A stretch of DNA of 64,000 bases from positions 14,508,001 to 14,572,000 of the forward strand of contig OZ176050.1 in the NCBI GenBank assembly GCA_964247055.1. The letters run 5' to 3'. The translations under genes and the position numbers were made by a program. This DNA comes from Paragordius varius. Taxonomy: Eukaryota > Animalia > Nematomorpha. Position 1 is the first letter of the stretch, and each line of letters begins with the position of its first letter. The notes under the pieces are model-generated. The model had not been told where the DNA came from, did not search any database, and saw nothing but the letters and a program-made list of their open reading frames with translations. Of the stretch, positions 11,654-25,101 are shown piece by piece.

Positions 11654-14600
11654 TGTAAGGTTATAATATTCTATTTTGTTAACACACTCAATTCATGTTG
11701 CATCAGTTATTTTGTATTTGAATATTATATATATATTTCGTATTAAAGCTTATCTGTTGTTGAGAATAACCATTGTGTAACGTCTACGCAAATAAGGCAT
11801 GCACACATAAAAAGAACTTGTGATATAATAGCCAGTCACTTTTTTATTTTTGGTTTTCTTTTTATCGCTCAACTCTATTTTAATATACCATATTGCTATA
11901 CGTGAATAAATCAACTTTACATTTGGTGCCGTGTTAGCTTTCAATGAGCCAAGCGTTGGACATTTCAAAACTGATTATGGAACCTTTTAAGAAACCGATG
12001 AACTTTACGCAATATATACGTCACATCAGGAGAGTCTTAAATTCCAAAATATCGAATCCAATGACACCACAATGAAACGCACCTTTCTCGCTTTCGGCGG
12101 TATTCAAGTAATAATGAAAATCGAAACTTTAGCATACCCAAAACTCATAGATGACATGGAATGGGAGGAAATTGCAACCTTGGCCACTCAGATATATTCA
12201 CCAATCAGCAGCCTATGGTTAAATCGAGTTGAATTCTACCGATTAAAAAAAATGCCAGATGAATCAGTCATGGATTTCCTGAAACGTCTGAAAGCAAAGT
12301 GGGAAGCCGGGAAGTTTGAAGGGGATATTCAGTCAAAATTACGCGATTTATTCCTGGTAGGTCTTGAAAATCCCAGAGTCGAACGCGAAATTCAATCCAA
12401 ATATCCAGATGGCAAAAAGGACGGGGGTCCGGTAACCCTTCAAGCGATTGTAGACATCGCTTATTCCTATGAATTAGAAGATAAAAAGGTTCACAACATC
12501 AGAGATAATAATGATATGAACAATAATAATACCAGTGAACTTCCTTCAAGTATCCAACCAGTTGTTAATGATAATAATACAATCAATTAATAACCCGAAA
12601 GATATGTAGTAATTGTGGGTATCGACATGGTTCTGCCACCTGGCCGGCAAAAGGAAAACGGTGTTTCAATTGCGACAAATGGAATCATTTCAGCACAGTA
12701 TGCAAGGCAACATTCCGACGGCCGTCAATCCGCACCATGACTAGCCCGAACAACACCCCCCGGATTCAAGTATTAATAAATAATATACCAACAACGTTTA
12801 TCTACGATACGGACGCCGAGGTATCCGTTATTGGCAAGCGCACTTGGGTAAATATTGATCGACCTCGGTTGCTCCCAGCTCCAAATTTGCGAACCTACAA
12901 TGATGGCCCGATAGAAGTACTCGGAAAATCGATGATTTCAGTAGTTTTGAACGAAGAGGAGAAGTGTTTGCCCTGCGTGGTGACGCAAACTAACCCGCCA
13001 GCCGTGTTCGGGATGAATTGGATGCGGGCGTTTCGGTTAGAATTCCCAAAAAATGTTTTTTCAGTTTTACATACGCAAGCACCTAATAATAAAATGTTAT
13101 TTGATTATTTTGACAAATTGTTTTCAGACGAGTTAGGTACTTTCAAGGGGCCCCCAATAAAGTTATTTATTGACCCCGGGGCCAAACCTAAAGTTTTTCC
13201 TTGTCGTAGGGTACCTTTAACTCTAAAACCTTTAGTAGAAAATGAAATTGATAGATTAGTTAAACTCAAAATACTCCGACCTATCGATCCGACCCAAACC
13301 CCAATAACATGGGCCTCTCCCACAGTAAATATAATTAAAGGAAATAGAGAAATTAGGATATGTGCCGATTTCCGAATTAGTATCAACCGTTATTTAGCAA
13401 AGGATTCTCATCTGATACCTACTTTTGACGAGTTGGCCACCAAAGTGGCAAATGGGATAATTTTTTCCACTTTAGACCTGAAAGATGCTTACTTACAATT
13501 TCCGACCGGGCGTCACAGACGCTAATAACCATCACAGCTCACAAAGGGTTTTATGCTTACCAACGACTTCCATTCGGATTAACTTCAGCACCTATGATCT
13601 TTCAAAGATGCATGGACAATCTTTTAAAGGACATACCTGGTATTTGTGTGTACCTGGAGGATGTCTTAATTTCCGGAGCTACCAGGGAGGAACATGATCA
13701 AAGATTAAGGGAACTATTTAGAAGGTTACAAGAGGCGGGATTACGATTGCGCCGAGACAAATTGCAAATTGGTATCTCACGAGTCAAATACATGGGGTAC
13801 GTGATTGCTGACCAAGTATTGAGCCGTCCAATGAAAAATTAGAGGCCATTAAAAATTGTCCGACACCTACAAACAAAACTGAGCTACGTTCGTTCTTAGG
13901 CTTAATATATTTTCATGAGCGGTTTATACCAAACTGTCACCCACACCTAGCAACCTTACACAAGTTAAGTGGAAAGAATACACCTTGGCGGTGGACCCCG
14001 GCAGATGATAGTGAATTCGCGAAAGCAAAAAGCTTGCTAACCAGGCCCCCCGCTTTAATGCCATTTAACGACCGTTTGCCCTTGTTGATCGAAACAGATA
14101 CTTCCAACAAGGGGTTTGGGGCAATACTGTTTCATAAGACCCCACAGGGGAAACGCCCAATTTTTTACGCGTCACGAACTTGTTCAATAGCAGAAAAGGG
14201 TTATTCCACGATCGAAAAAGAGGCCGGCCATAGTGTTTGCCCTAGAAAAATTTAAATACTTTATATATGGAAGACCGTTCGAGATATATACAGATCATAA
14301 ACCGCTGGTGTCACTATTTGGGCGGAAGAGAGACATCAACAACATTAATAATAGCAAACTGCTCAGGTGTATATCGAATACCATCGGGTACGAGTATGAA
14401 ATATTTTACAAGAAAGGGGAAGAAAACTTAGCCGACGCGTTGTCGAGACTTCCCATAGAGCATAGCCAACCAGATGATGAAGATGACGCGGCCACCAAGC
14501 AGGTACGATTTTTGGCTCTAAAAACGCTGGATGTAAATAAGAAAGTGGTCGAAGAGGCAACGATCACTGACCAACGGTTATCAAAAGTTAAAAATGCTGT

Positions 14601-15858
14601 CAGGACAAACAGTTGGATCGAGATCTGAAACCTTTTTTAAAACATAAAAACGACTTGGAGTGTTGTTATAATCTGTTATACCTGAATGATCGCTTAGTGA
14701 TACCACAAGCGGTGCAGGAAGCGATATTGAAACTTCTGCATGCGGGACACAGCGGGCTAAAAACAATGAAAGCCCAAGCCCGGTGTTCGGTATTTTTGCC
14801 CGAATTAGACACCGATCTAGCGAATTATGTGGAAAGGTACGAGGCTTGCCAAACCTATCGACCTAACGCACCTGAAAATCTTTATTATCGATGGAATTTT
14901 AACACTTTGACATGGTAAAGGTTACATGCATATGAAGCTATCAACACGGTCCTTTATTCGTATCGAACTAGCATGCATTCTTCGCTAAAAGAAACGCCTT
15001 TCGCCATATTCCTAAAACGGCGTGTACACAATCCTATCTCTTGGGTAAAAACAACCCCTGTCGAATTTATAGAGCACGAAAAGGAACCGAGACGCGAATT
15101 CCAACAAGACGATCCTGTCTATATTAAAAATGAAATGGCCTTAGGCTGGCGGCCAGGTCACATTCTGGAGAGAAGGGGGTTACTCTCGTATGAAGTGCAA
15201 GATGAGGAAGGGATTCGAAAACGTAAACATGCAGATCAGTTACGACGTAGGTCAGGAGGGAATTCATACGAAACTAATCCCTTAATAGAGCATAAATATC
15301 CCAGCGTCGAAAGTGTCCCGGGTCATGTCGAGGGAGCCCACTCCGAACAACCCTTCCATCCCACCTCGGAATCTCAAATGGTCCATGCCCCAACTCCTGC
15401 TACCTCATGCATGGCAAAACGTAGCCCCAGAATCGCTGACGCCTGTAGAGGCCACACCCGACGTGGTAAAGGAGGTTTCTGACCTACCCGAGCGTAGATA
15501 TCCGCTAAGAAGACGGCAGCCTCCCGATCGTTTAAACTTATAGGTATAATGTACGAACACGACAGCCCCCGTGGTTAACTTAGGGGGTAATGTAAGGTTA
15601 TAATATTCTATTTTGTTAACTCACTCAATTCATGTTGCATCAGTTATTTTGTATTTGAATATTATATATATATTTCGTATTAAAGCTTGTCTGTTGTTGA
15701 GAATAACCATTGTGTAACGTCTACGCAAATAAGGCATGCACACATAAAAAGAACTTGTGATATAATAGCCAGTCACTTTTTTATTTTTGGTTTTCTTTTT
15801 ATCGCTCAACTCTATTCTAATATACCATATTGCTATACGTGAATAAATCAACTTTACA
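11654..15858 (+). mobile_element. Ty3/gypsy LTR retrotransposon (element B), full-length but non-autonomous
   Basis: 268-bp LTRs 11654-11921 and 15591-15858 (TG..CA, about 3 substitutions), TSD AAGAC, PBS 11924-11933, PPT before 15591. Gag-pol is broken by multiple frameshifts and stops, and the integrase core is deleted near 14925. Confidence 0.96.
11924..11933 (+). promoter_or_regulatory. Primer-binding site complementary to the tRNA-His 3' end
   Basis: TGGTGCCGTG is the reverse complement of the tRNA-His(GUG) 3' end ..CACGGCACCA. Confidence 0.85.
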
Positions 15859-16439
15859 AAGACTAAAACAGCATATTTTAAATTCGACTTAATAGCTTAA
15901 ATACTTTTCAAGATATTAATATAAATCGCTCTGGTATATAAAATTATTCCAAAAAGTAATGGAGTAATATATAATATTGTATATTTATTTTTAAGCAAAA
16001 TATATAAGAGTTTAATTTTAAGAACTTTTTTTCAAAATGTTAAAAGATATAATGCGTTAGTAGATATTTGCTATTTGTCATATTTAAAATACGCTGAGTT
16101 TCCAATTTTATATTATTAATGATTCAAAAAAAATCACATATATCTTCGGCGAAAATTAACACTAAAATTAATTAATTAAACTATTTTTTTATTTCAGTGT
16201 TTTTGTTCTTATATTAAACTTACAATACCAACTTATACGCAAATTTACGTTGTCAGACAATTATTGTCATCTTTTTGTAAATTTTAACTGTCTATGATTA
16301 TAGGCTAAATATTTTCTTTTAATAATTTATCCTCCATACTTTGGTTTTGTGCTAAAAATTTCTTTTTAATCTATTATTTTATCATTTAATTTGCCTGCTT
16401 TAAACTAAACAACACCATCTAATATAGCCAAAGAGTAAT

Positions 16440-16679
16440 TTTATATGTGTGCGTTTTGTGAACAAAATCTACATTTTTTGGTTAAATACATTTAACATAA
16501 TCTGAGTTTCGACATGTATAAATTATTTATATACTTGATATATAATTACTTTTTTCCCATCCAAATATTTTGATCAAATAATAATCCATACATATAAAAG
16601 TGCTTGTTTATACAAGTCATTGGGTTTATGAAATGAGGTTAACCTCACTTCATGTTGTTTGTGGCGAATTAGAGTTTTT

Positions 16680-16710
<31 letters not shown>

Positions 16711-18780
16711 GGGAGGGGGGGGTATTTACACAGCTGAGGTCAAGATCAATACTTTTAGTAAGTATATTAGTTTATAAATAACCCCCCTAATAAACAGGTA
16801 GTACGAAAGTTTATTTATTTATTTATTTATTAAGGGCTGAACATTTCTATTTTCGAACAAAAAATCCGTATTTTTTATATTCCATTCTATATACACTGTA
16901 ACCGAGATTTAACCAAAATAATTACTTAAAACATAAAATTAATTAAATTATTGATACTAATAAATTTTTGACCAGGAATATTAAGTTATAAGAATTTTTT
17001 TGAATATTTATATGAATGGGTTTTCTGAATACGAAATATTCGGAATGATAATCTAAAATAAATAATAGTAAATATCAAAATGCGCCAATCAAAGTAAGTT
17101 TAGGGGCATATGACCTTGAGGTATATGAATGGTATTGAATAATTATTAAAAAAGTAACTACCCAGTGCAGGTACCATTTTCATTCATTATGAAAAGTAGC
17201 TAATCATTATAACTTTTTAAGAACTTATTAAGTAACCCTGTAAGGTGCTAAACGGACATCTTATTAAAATTTTATCTGATATCCTAACAACACAGTTATC
17301 TTGTCATCTTTATATATTGTTAAAAAGAGGAAATAAATAAGCCAGACCCATTTCCGTATACCCACTTAACAACAAAAATCTTTATTGCGTCCCTCAGTAT
17401 ATCCTTTAAAATCTGCATTCACTTTATGTGCATTTAAAAATGCATTGCTTAGAACCAGTAATTAAATTTTAGAATAACCAATAAAAAACATCTCCATTTT
17501 GGAATATATAGGTGACATGTACCTTTATATACATATATATAATAAATTCACTCATCTTACGCTTATTTTATTTGAATGATAAAAAAAACTATTTTAACAA
17601 AAAAAGTTGTTTTATAAAAGCGAATAAAAACATTTAGATTCGATTTTAGCAAGTTATATGGTATTATTGCCATTAGACTGGTTTATGCCCATGAATGACG
17701 GCATTTATTGACGGTTAAACTAGTTATTACGAAAACCAAAAACCTATCTTATCCTAGTTGTCAATTAAAAAATATATATATCAATCGTTTTTAAACTTAA
17801 TGTTTATCGTAGTGTACCACTGTTGTTTCAAATGGTTATAAGCCACTAGTAAAAATATCAGTCCTGGTTTTTCTTATTTGATGTGCGGTATTTAATTCTC
17901 GGTTATCCAACACTGGGTTTTGTTTAAAACAAATTTGTCTTGATTTGACAAATTGCATGATTTTTAATATAGGGCGATTGACTAATAATATCCAACTACA
18001 ATATAATTGGATTACTAAGCCGTAGCTTATTAAAAATAACACCTTTTATAGTTTTTTGTATGTCAAAAAATATGAACGTGGGTGGTTTTATGTGTGCCTT
18101 TAACTAACAAAAAATCTATTGATTATATGGCCAATATCATAAGCTAGTTTTCGTAGTATAACATGTATGCATTATTTATATACTCAATATACTTTAATTA
18201 CTTTTTTTCCCCATACTTTTGGCATGTGCTCTAAATATTTTGATCAAATAATAATCCATACATATAAGTGTTTGTTTAAACAAGTGAACGGGTTTATGGG
18301 TAGATATTGATTGGATTTAATCTAACCCTATAGCGCCTGTGCCAAATTTGGGTTTTATTTTTAGTGTTTATTTACTCAACTGAGGTCGTGATTACAATTT
18401 TTAGTGAACTGCCCAAAAAACACGGGTAAAGATATTTTATTTTTAGATTCAAGGATAACACAATTAAATTTTTTTTTGAAAAAAAAATCGTACACTTTTA
18501 AATTTTATTCCATAATTAAAGGTAACTATCCGCTCATATTGGTTAATTAGGATATATATCATTGAGTTATAATTTTTCATTTATTCATACATTTTAAAAA
18601 GATTATACTTGTTTGACCAGGGATATTAACTTATAGGAAATTTATTAAATATTTATTATACTAATGGGTTTTAGGACGAAATAATCAGGATTATAATGTA
18701 AAAAAGTGAATACTAGCAAAAAAACAAAATGGTGCTAAACAAAAAATTTACGATATATGACCCTTAGACAGTTTAAATAA
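16440..18780. repeat. Diverged tandem duplication (~16440-17130 and ~18090-18780)
   Basis: Shared blocks such as AAATATTTTGATCAAATAATAATCCATACATATA and TTGACCAGG.ATATTAA.TTATA at an offset of about 1650-1670. Confidence 0.75.
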
Positions 18781-20732
18781 ATATTCCTGTTGTGTCATGG
18801 AAAATGCAAAACACACATTTTAATTAAAATGATATAAGATATAAAAACAAAAATGTTGTCACTATCCTTAAGTTTTAAATAGGGGTGTGTAAAATACTTT
18901 TTCGGTACGCAAAAGTGCTCTAAAAAATGGTAAAGTAATAAAAAATTAGATTATAATTAAATATTTACGATTAAATATATCATCAATTGGGCTTAAAATA
19001 AATAAATAAAAATCCAAAATTATCAAAGCGCCTTGAAGATATTTTGTTGGACAGCCCTGGTTAAAGGATTGTACTATCCTATTATTAATTTTTATTGTGT
19101 CAGTCCCTATTATAACCACTATATACGTTTGCAGAGCTTGAACCACTGTATAATTGAGCATAAAAACCAATTAGACATCTCCAATTAGTAATGAAATAGT
19201 TAGTTGTTTTCTTAATTAATACATAATCGCAAATAAAAATTTGATATCATAGATTTTTTTAACAACATATAATTGCATCATTTGTATTGATTAACCATTG
19301 AATTATAAAAGTGAACAGTGACATATTACGTAGGCTGTCAAATCAGTTATTAATGATATAAATTTCACTTAAACATATAAATATATTCTTTGTTGTAAAT
19401 GATTATATATATTATTCTCTAAATATTTTGAGCGGTTTTGTTAGGGGCACATTGATATAACCATATTACTTTAACTTATCATAATTTTGATTGCACAAAT
19501 ATGTCGTGTGCATATCAACATTTGATCAAAACAAAACGCTTTATCAGAATACTACACATTTAGAATATAATCCAGCATGCAATTATTCAATCATTTGGCT
19601 ATTTGCTTCTGTGGAGCTTTCCTCCTGTTCCCGATTGAATATGTACAAGGTAGATATAATTATTTACTATGTGTAGTAGAAACAAAACACCAAATAAAAG
19701 ATTATTTTTATCTGAACACCGATATGGTTGAGGCTTTGTACGAGTCATTTTAAGCTTATATTGAACTTGTACCGTAAATTCTCAGGATTTAAATATTCAA
19801 AATATAAAATAGAAATTAAGAGGTAAGATTTGTATAACGATATCAATTATTTTTTAAAACCTGTTTTTAATTATAATAAAGTTTTGCGTATTTTAAGTTA
19901 AAATCACGCATGTTACGCAAGACGCCTTTAATTTTTTTGTTTAATTCAATTTGCAAAAAAATATGCGCGGAAAATAATTGATTTTAACAAATAATTAGCA
20001 TGTGTTAAAATTCTAAAGCGCAATCTCAGCTGATACATTATATGTAAGAAAATATAAGGTTTAATGATTATGGTTGTATTTTGGGAAAATTATTTGTCTT
20101 TATATTACATTTTCTCCGTGGAATTTCAATTCTTTACATAAAAATGTATCAATATTCTCATAATGCTTTTGGTTTTTGACCTTGCACATCATTTAAGCAG
20201 GGCTTAGACTGGATCACGTAATGAACTAGATTTCTTGCATTTTAGGAATCGATTCTGTTCCACTTTTAAAATTAGTGTTACCAGATTTCATTTTTAAAAA
20301 TAAAATCTATGCCTAAATTATTTTATCAAAGACCATGTGAAAAAGCTAAAACATTGGCTCATTCATTAGATTATGACTTATGAGGAAAAATATGTTTAAG
20401 AAATGAGATTTTTGACGTAATATAAAACTTTATTTCAATGAATATGGAAAACAGTCCTCGACATCTATTGGTGGATTTTATTGAAAAGTTTTACATGTCA
20501 ATCTTTTTTTAGATGTAATTATGATAAAGGCTAAAAATTCTTTCAAAAATCATGATATAAATAACGGATTTAGTGGAAAACACCAAGAGTATAGAAAATG
20601 TGTAACATTAGTGCATGCACCAGAAAGCATGACTTTACTCAGGGAATCGAATAAATTGTTAAGGCATAATGAGTTTAATTTTTTACCATGACAAATAACC
20701 TTTCAAATGTGTTTTAATATATAAATAACATA

Positions 20733-20970
20733 CAGTATACATTTTACTGTATGTTAAGTAATTTTATTGCCAGTCAAATAACATAAATGGTTTATCAAAT
20801 GCGTAAAATAAATATTCTCAAAATTTAACATTACAAAATATCCATCAAATTAAAGCCTATGTTAATTCTCACGTCAATCCTCATATGTGTACTACGATAT
20901 AATTTCGTGGGTCAGTATTTTAAGCATTTGATACCATTTATTATTTGCACTTAACATACATTAAAATGCA

Positions 20971-20974
<4 letters not shown>
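20733..20974. mobile_element. Short deletion derivative of the 53-56.6 kb foldback element
   Basis: Both ends match the foldback termini (CAGTA..CATTTT, AAATAACATAAATGGTTTATCAAA.GCGTAAAATA; GAAATAATTTCGTGGGTCAGTATTT); TA flanks. Confidence 0.8.
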
Positions 20975-21012
<38 letters not shown>

Positions 21013-21837
21013 TAAGATTTAAATGCAATTTTATTAATATCTTTCCATCCAAGCCTATGCCCTCATAATTATTTTTATAAACAAAAGCAAGCCTAAAAAT
21101 CTAAAGAAAATTTTAAAACATACATCGCTCCAAGAATAAAAAATATGCTTAGGCCTATCATGCGTTGACAAAAAGATTATAAGTATTGCATTAAATTTGG
21201 ATAAACATAGTTTATATATTACCTATATTTGAAGAGAAATAATAGTCCAAGGTGACAGACAGTATTACATTCTAAAAGTTCCTTTATAGCATCGCAAAGC
21301 ATTATACAGTTTCCCTCACGCTTTTAATTTGTTAAGAACACTTCAACATCATTTTTTATGCCATAAGGTTGTCTTGAAAAAATATATTCAAATCAACATT
21401 TTTGCGTTAAAATTAAGTAAACCTACCTATTATAGAGGGAAAAATATTTTTGTATGCATACTTTGTTATAAAATTAATTTTGTTAAAAAAAATTTTATGA
21501 ACCATTTATGGTATTTTGGAGCATGGTGAAAACGCAATTCCATCTTGTAAATTTATGTTTTAATTTGTTATTATTTTACATGCTTTGAAAGACCAAAAAA
21601 TACCGTTTATAAAATATACTAAAATTTGAATTAACCAAGTATGGATTCTTAAAAAGATTTTGATTTCACAATCTAAAGATTCTCAAAATTTCGGTTTTTT
21701 TTGCGTTTGTTTTAAAAAAGTAACCCGTTTTGAAAAGGTGCAAAAACACTTTAAAAATATTGTTTGCTCTTTAAACATAATATGCATATACAAATAATAT
21801 TTTTGGAAAATTTAACTTTATAATAAATTCTATTTAG

Positions 21838-22306
21838 CATAGTGTGCGAAAATTTCTTCGGTATCTTTTCGATGTGAACCATTCACCATTAATATAATAA
21901 ATTTGTCTAATATCAATTGTAAAACTCCAAAAGCACCACAAAAATTCTGTTAAATTTATCTGCAAGTTTTATAGGATATTTTTTGTGCTGATTTTGTGCT
22001 TGAACTATGTTATAAATGAATAAAGTTTTTGCCTACTTTTTTGCTATTTTAATAACTGTTAATTCCGCAATCATTTAAATCAGTTCATAATTTTATTATA
22101 TAATAGGTAATTGCCAACTAACGTATGATGGGATAGAATATCCAGTAGGTACCTCGTCATATCAAGTCCGGGGCAATCAAGAGATAACGCTAAACCAAGT
22201 TACGGCTCCTTGTACTGCAAAATTTAATATAAAGCTTTATATAACTTGTACTCTACGTAATTTATTTTATATTATATATATCATAGCTAATTTAAAAATA
22301 TCCTAC

Positions 22307-22350
<44 letters not shown>

Positions 22351-25101
22351 TTGAACATATGCAAATTTTGTATAGTAACGAGAGCTATATTGTCAATTTT
22401 GGTAATTGGTTAAAAGGTATTTATCTATCTTTGAATTTATTTAACACTCGAATCAGGAAATAAAATACCCCAGACAATATTTAAATTGATATTTTAAAAA
22501 AACTACTGAAAGAAACGGTTCCATTTTAAAATGCTTCAAATTAAAAAAAATATATATATAAATCATAGTATCCAATTAAAATTTAGTTATGTAGAGATTT
22601 CTTATCAAACGACTACGACGCCATTATTTTATTACAACATTTTCGCGTTTGATTTTAAGCCTAAAATTAATTTTACTTTTTTGTCAAAATCACATTTAAC
22701 GTTGATATAAACAGTAGAAGTGGTATATTTTGCATTATTTTTACATTTAGCCTATGCACACATGTCATGTTGGATAAATTTTTACCTTTGGTGTTTGCCT
22801 CTAAATAAGTTATATAAAGTATTTGAAAAACAAATTTTTTCTTATTATATTTCGGTTCGGTTATATAAGTTAAAAATTTTACGAAGGTTTAAATTTATTC
22901 CATATTTTTATTATATATTAAATATAAGACAAGCCTGTGGTATCTAACTACCCCAATTCGAATCGAAGGAGTAAAATAAATGCGTTGTATCCAAGTGTTG
23001 TGTTAAATATGATAAAATTTAAACAGACGCTATTATATCATTTCTCCACGACTTTTCTTTAGTATATAATTTAATAAAATCTTATATCATGTTAACACTT
23101 GGATACAACACACTGATTTTAGTCCTTCGATTCTAATTGGGGTAGTTGGATATCCCAGGCCTGTAAAAAAGCAACTAATTTAAAAAGTATGGAAGGATTC
23201 AAAACCATGGCAAAATTTTGCACTTATATATTATTAACAAACCGAAAAATATAAAAAAAATTATTCAAAAATACATGATATTACTTATTTTAAGCTAAAA
23301 CCAAAAGGTAAAAATTTGGTCAATGTGACATGTGTCAAATTGTAATACAAAATAAACCGCTTTTTCTATTTCTATCAATGTTAAGATGTAATTTATATAA
23401 AAAATTAGCTTTAGTTTTACCCTTAAAATTAAATAAAGACGATATTTTGCAAAAATTTTGTAAAATAAAAATGGCGTCTAAGTAGTTTGAGATGGAACTT
23501 TTTTTCAAACCAAAATTTCAAGATATTTAGGCATATTTATATAAATTTTATTAGGATAGAAGCATAAATTTAAATTGGGACCGTTTCCTTCAGTAGTTTT
23601 TTAAAAATATTTTAAATTTAGTCTGGAGTATTTAGATACCCCAATTTGAATCGAAGTGTTAATTGCGTTTAGCCAATATATACACTGTGTGAAGAAATTT
23701 TTAACAAAATAATTTTTTTTTCATGAGATAGTTTATTAGCGTGTTCATTTGTCGTTAAAATATTTGTTTGTTTACGACCTAGTTTATGAAAAATTGAAAG
23801 AAAATCGAAATCAAGGAAAGAGTGAAAAGGATAATTAAGGATAATTTAAAAAATAATATTATTTGAGATATTATAGTTTATTATCATTTTAGAATATATT
23901 TTCAATATATAAATAGCCTAAAATCATATAATTAAGGTTAATATAAAATTTCAGTTCAAAATATGGAGTTTATCTCTTACCTAAAAGACAATAAAAGACA
24001 AAAAACTTTTATAAAACTATATCAAAATAATTTTAATTGATTATTTACTAGCAAACTCACTAATTTCAACATTCATATTTTATCAGTAAAAACTTCTATA
24101 TCGTGTTTTTTTATTTTTTCCTTTTTTTGTCATCTAGTTATGAGTGTTTAAAAATTTTACTGTTTTATTTTAAATTTACATGAGTGGATATAAAGTATAC
24201 AATTTATACCAAATAGGATTTAAAAGTAGTGGAAAATCTACCAACAATCCGTACCTATCCCGGTACAAATATTTTTTTGTGTTACAATTTTATAACATAC
24301 GATATTAAATTTATTTATATTTTTATAAAATATGACTGTAAAGATTTTAACATAAAAAAATATTTAAATTTGAAAGGATTTAAATCCTAAAAAGAAGAAC
24401 GTCATTTAACTAAGATTTTATATATACCCTCTTTATATGAATTTATTTATATATTGAAAATATGAAAATGATAAGTACCATTATATCTCAACTTTGATTA
24501 TTATTTTTTGACCTATCCTAAATTTTCGCTTTTTTTCAAAAACTAAATCGTAAAATAAAATTTCTTACAGCAAATGAATACGCTAGTCATAAGCTATCTC
24601 ATGAAAAAAAATTAACCTTTTATTTTTCCACACAGTATATAATATATATATATATATGAAATTTCCAATATAAGCTCTCAATACCTGAAACATACTCAAC
24701 ATGTTACAAACCTGTAAACAGGAATGAATATAAAAATTAAAGTGTCCTCTTAAATAAAATTGGTTTATTTAAACAGTTTTATGATGGGGAAGTATGTCTG
24801 TACTTTTATTTTATCAATAATATTTTAGAGATTTCACGTGGTGCCAATTCGTATACTATTGACAAGAAAGGAGTAACCAGTGATCCTGCGGCACCAGCCG
24901 GGATAACTGTTAAAACGATTCCAGGAAATCCCAATATGCCAACTTATGAAGTAAACCTGCAAGCTATCGACACTGTTGTAACATTTAAGGTTTTCATATA
25001 AATTACCTCTTGTCTAGCTAGCATCTTTACATATTTCTATTATGATGAGTAAAAATGGAAATTGTATGGATCAAACATCGAAAAAACTACAAGGATGGAT
25101 A
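21838..25101 (+). CDS. Unannotated multi-exon gene, von Willebrand factor D (VWD)-like extracellular protein (partial)
   Basis: Exons 21838-21860, 22107-22256, 24829-24989 and 25018-~25101 join through GT-AG sites with matching phases: IVCENFFGNCQLTYDGIEYPVGTSSYQV..KFNIKLYITCTLQISRGANSYTIDKKGV..EVNLQAIDTVVTFKLASLHISIMMSKNGNC..LQGW. The C..FG....T[YF]DG..Y pattern resembles the VWD N-terminus. Gene ends are not resolved. Confidence 0.62.
22445..22997 (-). mobile_element. piggyBac-type MITE (family PB)
   Basis: Inverted copy of the 23096-23658 element; TTAA on the left, right flank mutated. Confidence 0.75.
23096..23658 (+). mobile_element. piggyBac-type MITE (family PB)
   Basis: TTAA|CACTT..AAGTG|TTAA, with asymmetrically placed subterminal inverted repeats CTTCGATTC.AATTGGGGTA. 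Confidence 0.85.
23681..24639. mobile_element. ~960 bp TA-flanked MITE with long imperfect TIRs
   Basis: TACACTGTGTGAAGAAAT..TTTTCATGAGATAG versus CTATCTCATGAAAAAA..TTTTTCCACACAGTATA. Confidence 0.7.

Noticed and set aside
11750-11968. ORFs within LTRs (also 15630-15851, 28793-29065, 32840-33136)
   Set aside because: Low-complexity chance ORFs duplicated because the LTRs are duplicated; no recognisable domain.
18946-19170. QGCP motif suggesting a LINE RT (similar hints near 25600-25800)
   Set aside because: No flanking RT motifs in frame; too short to call.
21230-21380. Minus-strand exon-like frame with an internal TAA, suggesting a reassigned stop codon
   Set aside because: TFIIS, LLPH and SPRING1 end in TAA and GORAB in TAG at the expected positions, so the standard code fits; this is probably a decayed fragment.
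24180-24262. Exon-like ORF MSGYKVYNLYQIGFKSSGKSTNNPYLSR
   Set aside because: It lies inside the 23681-24639 MITE and its phases do not fit the neighbouring exons.
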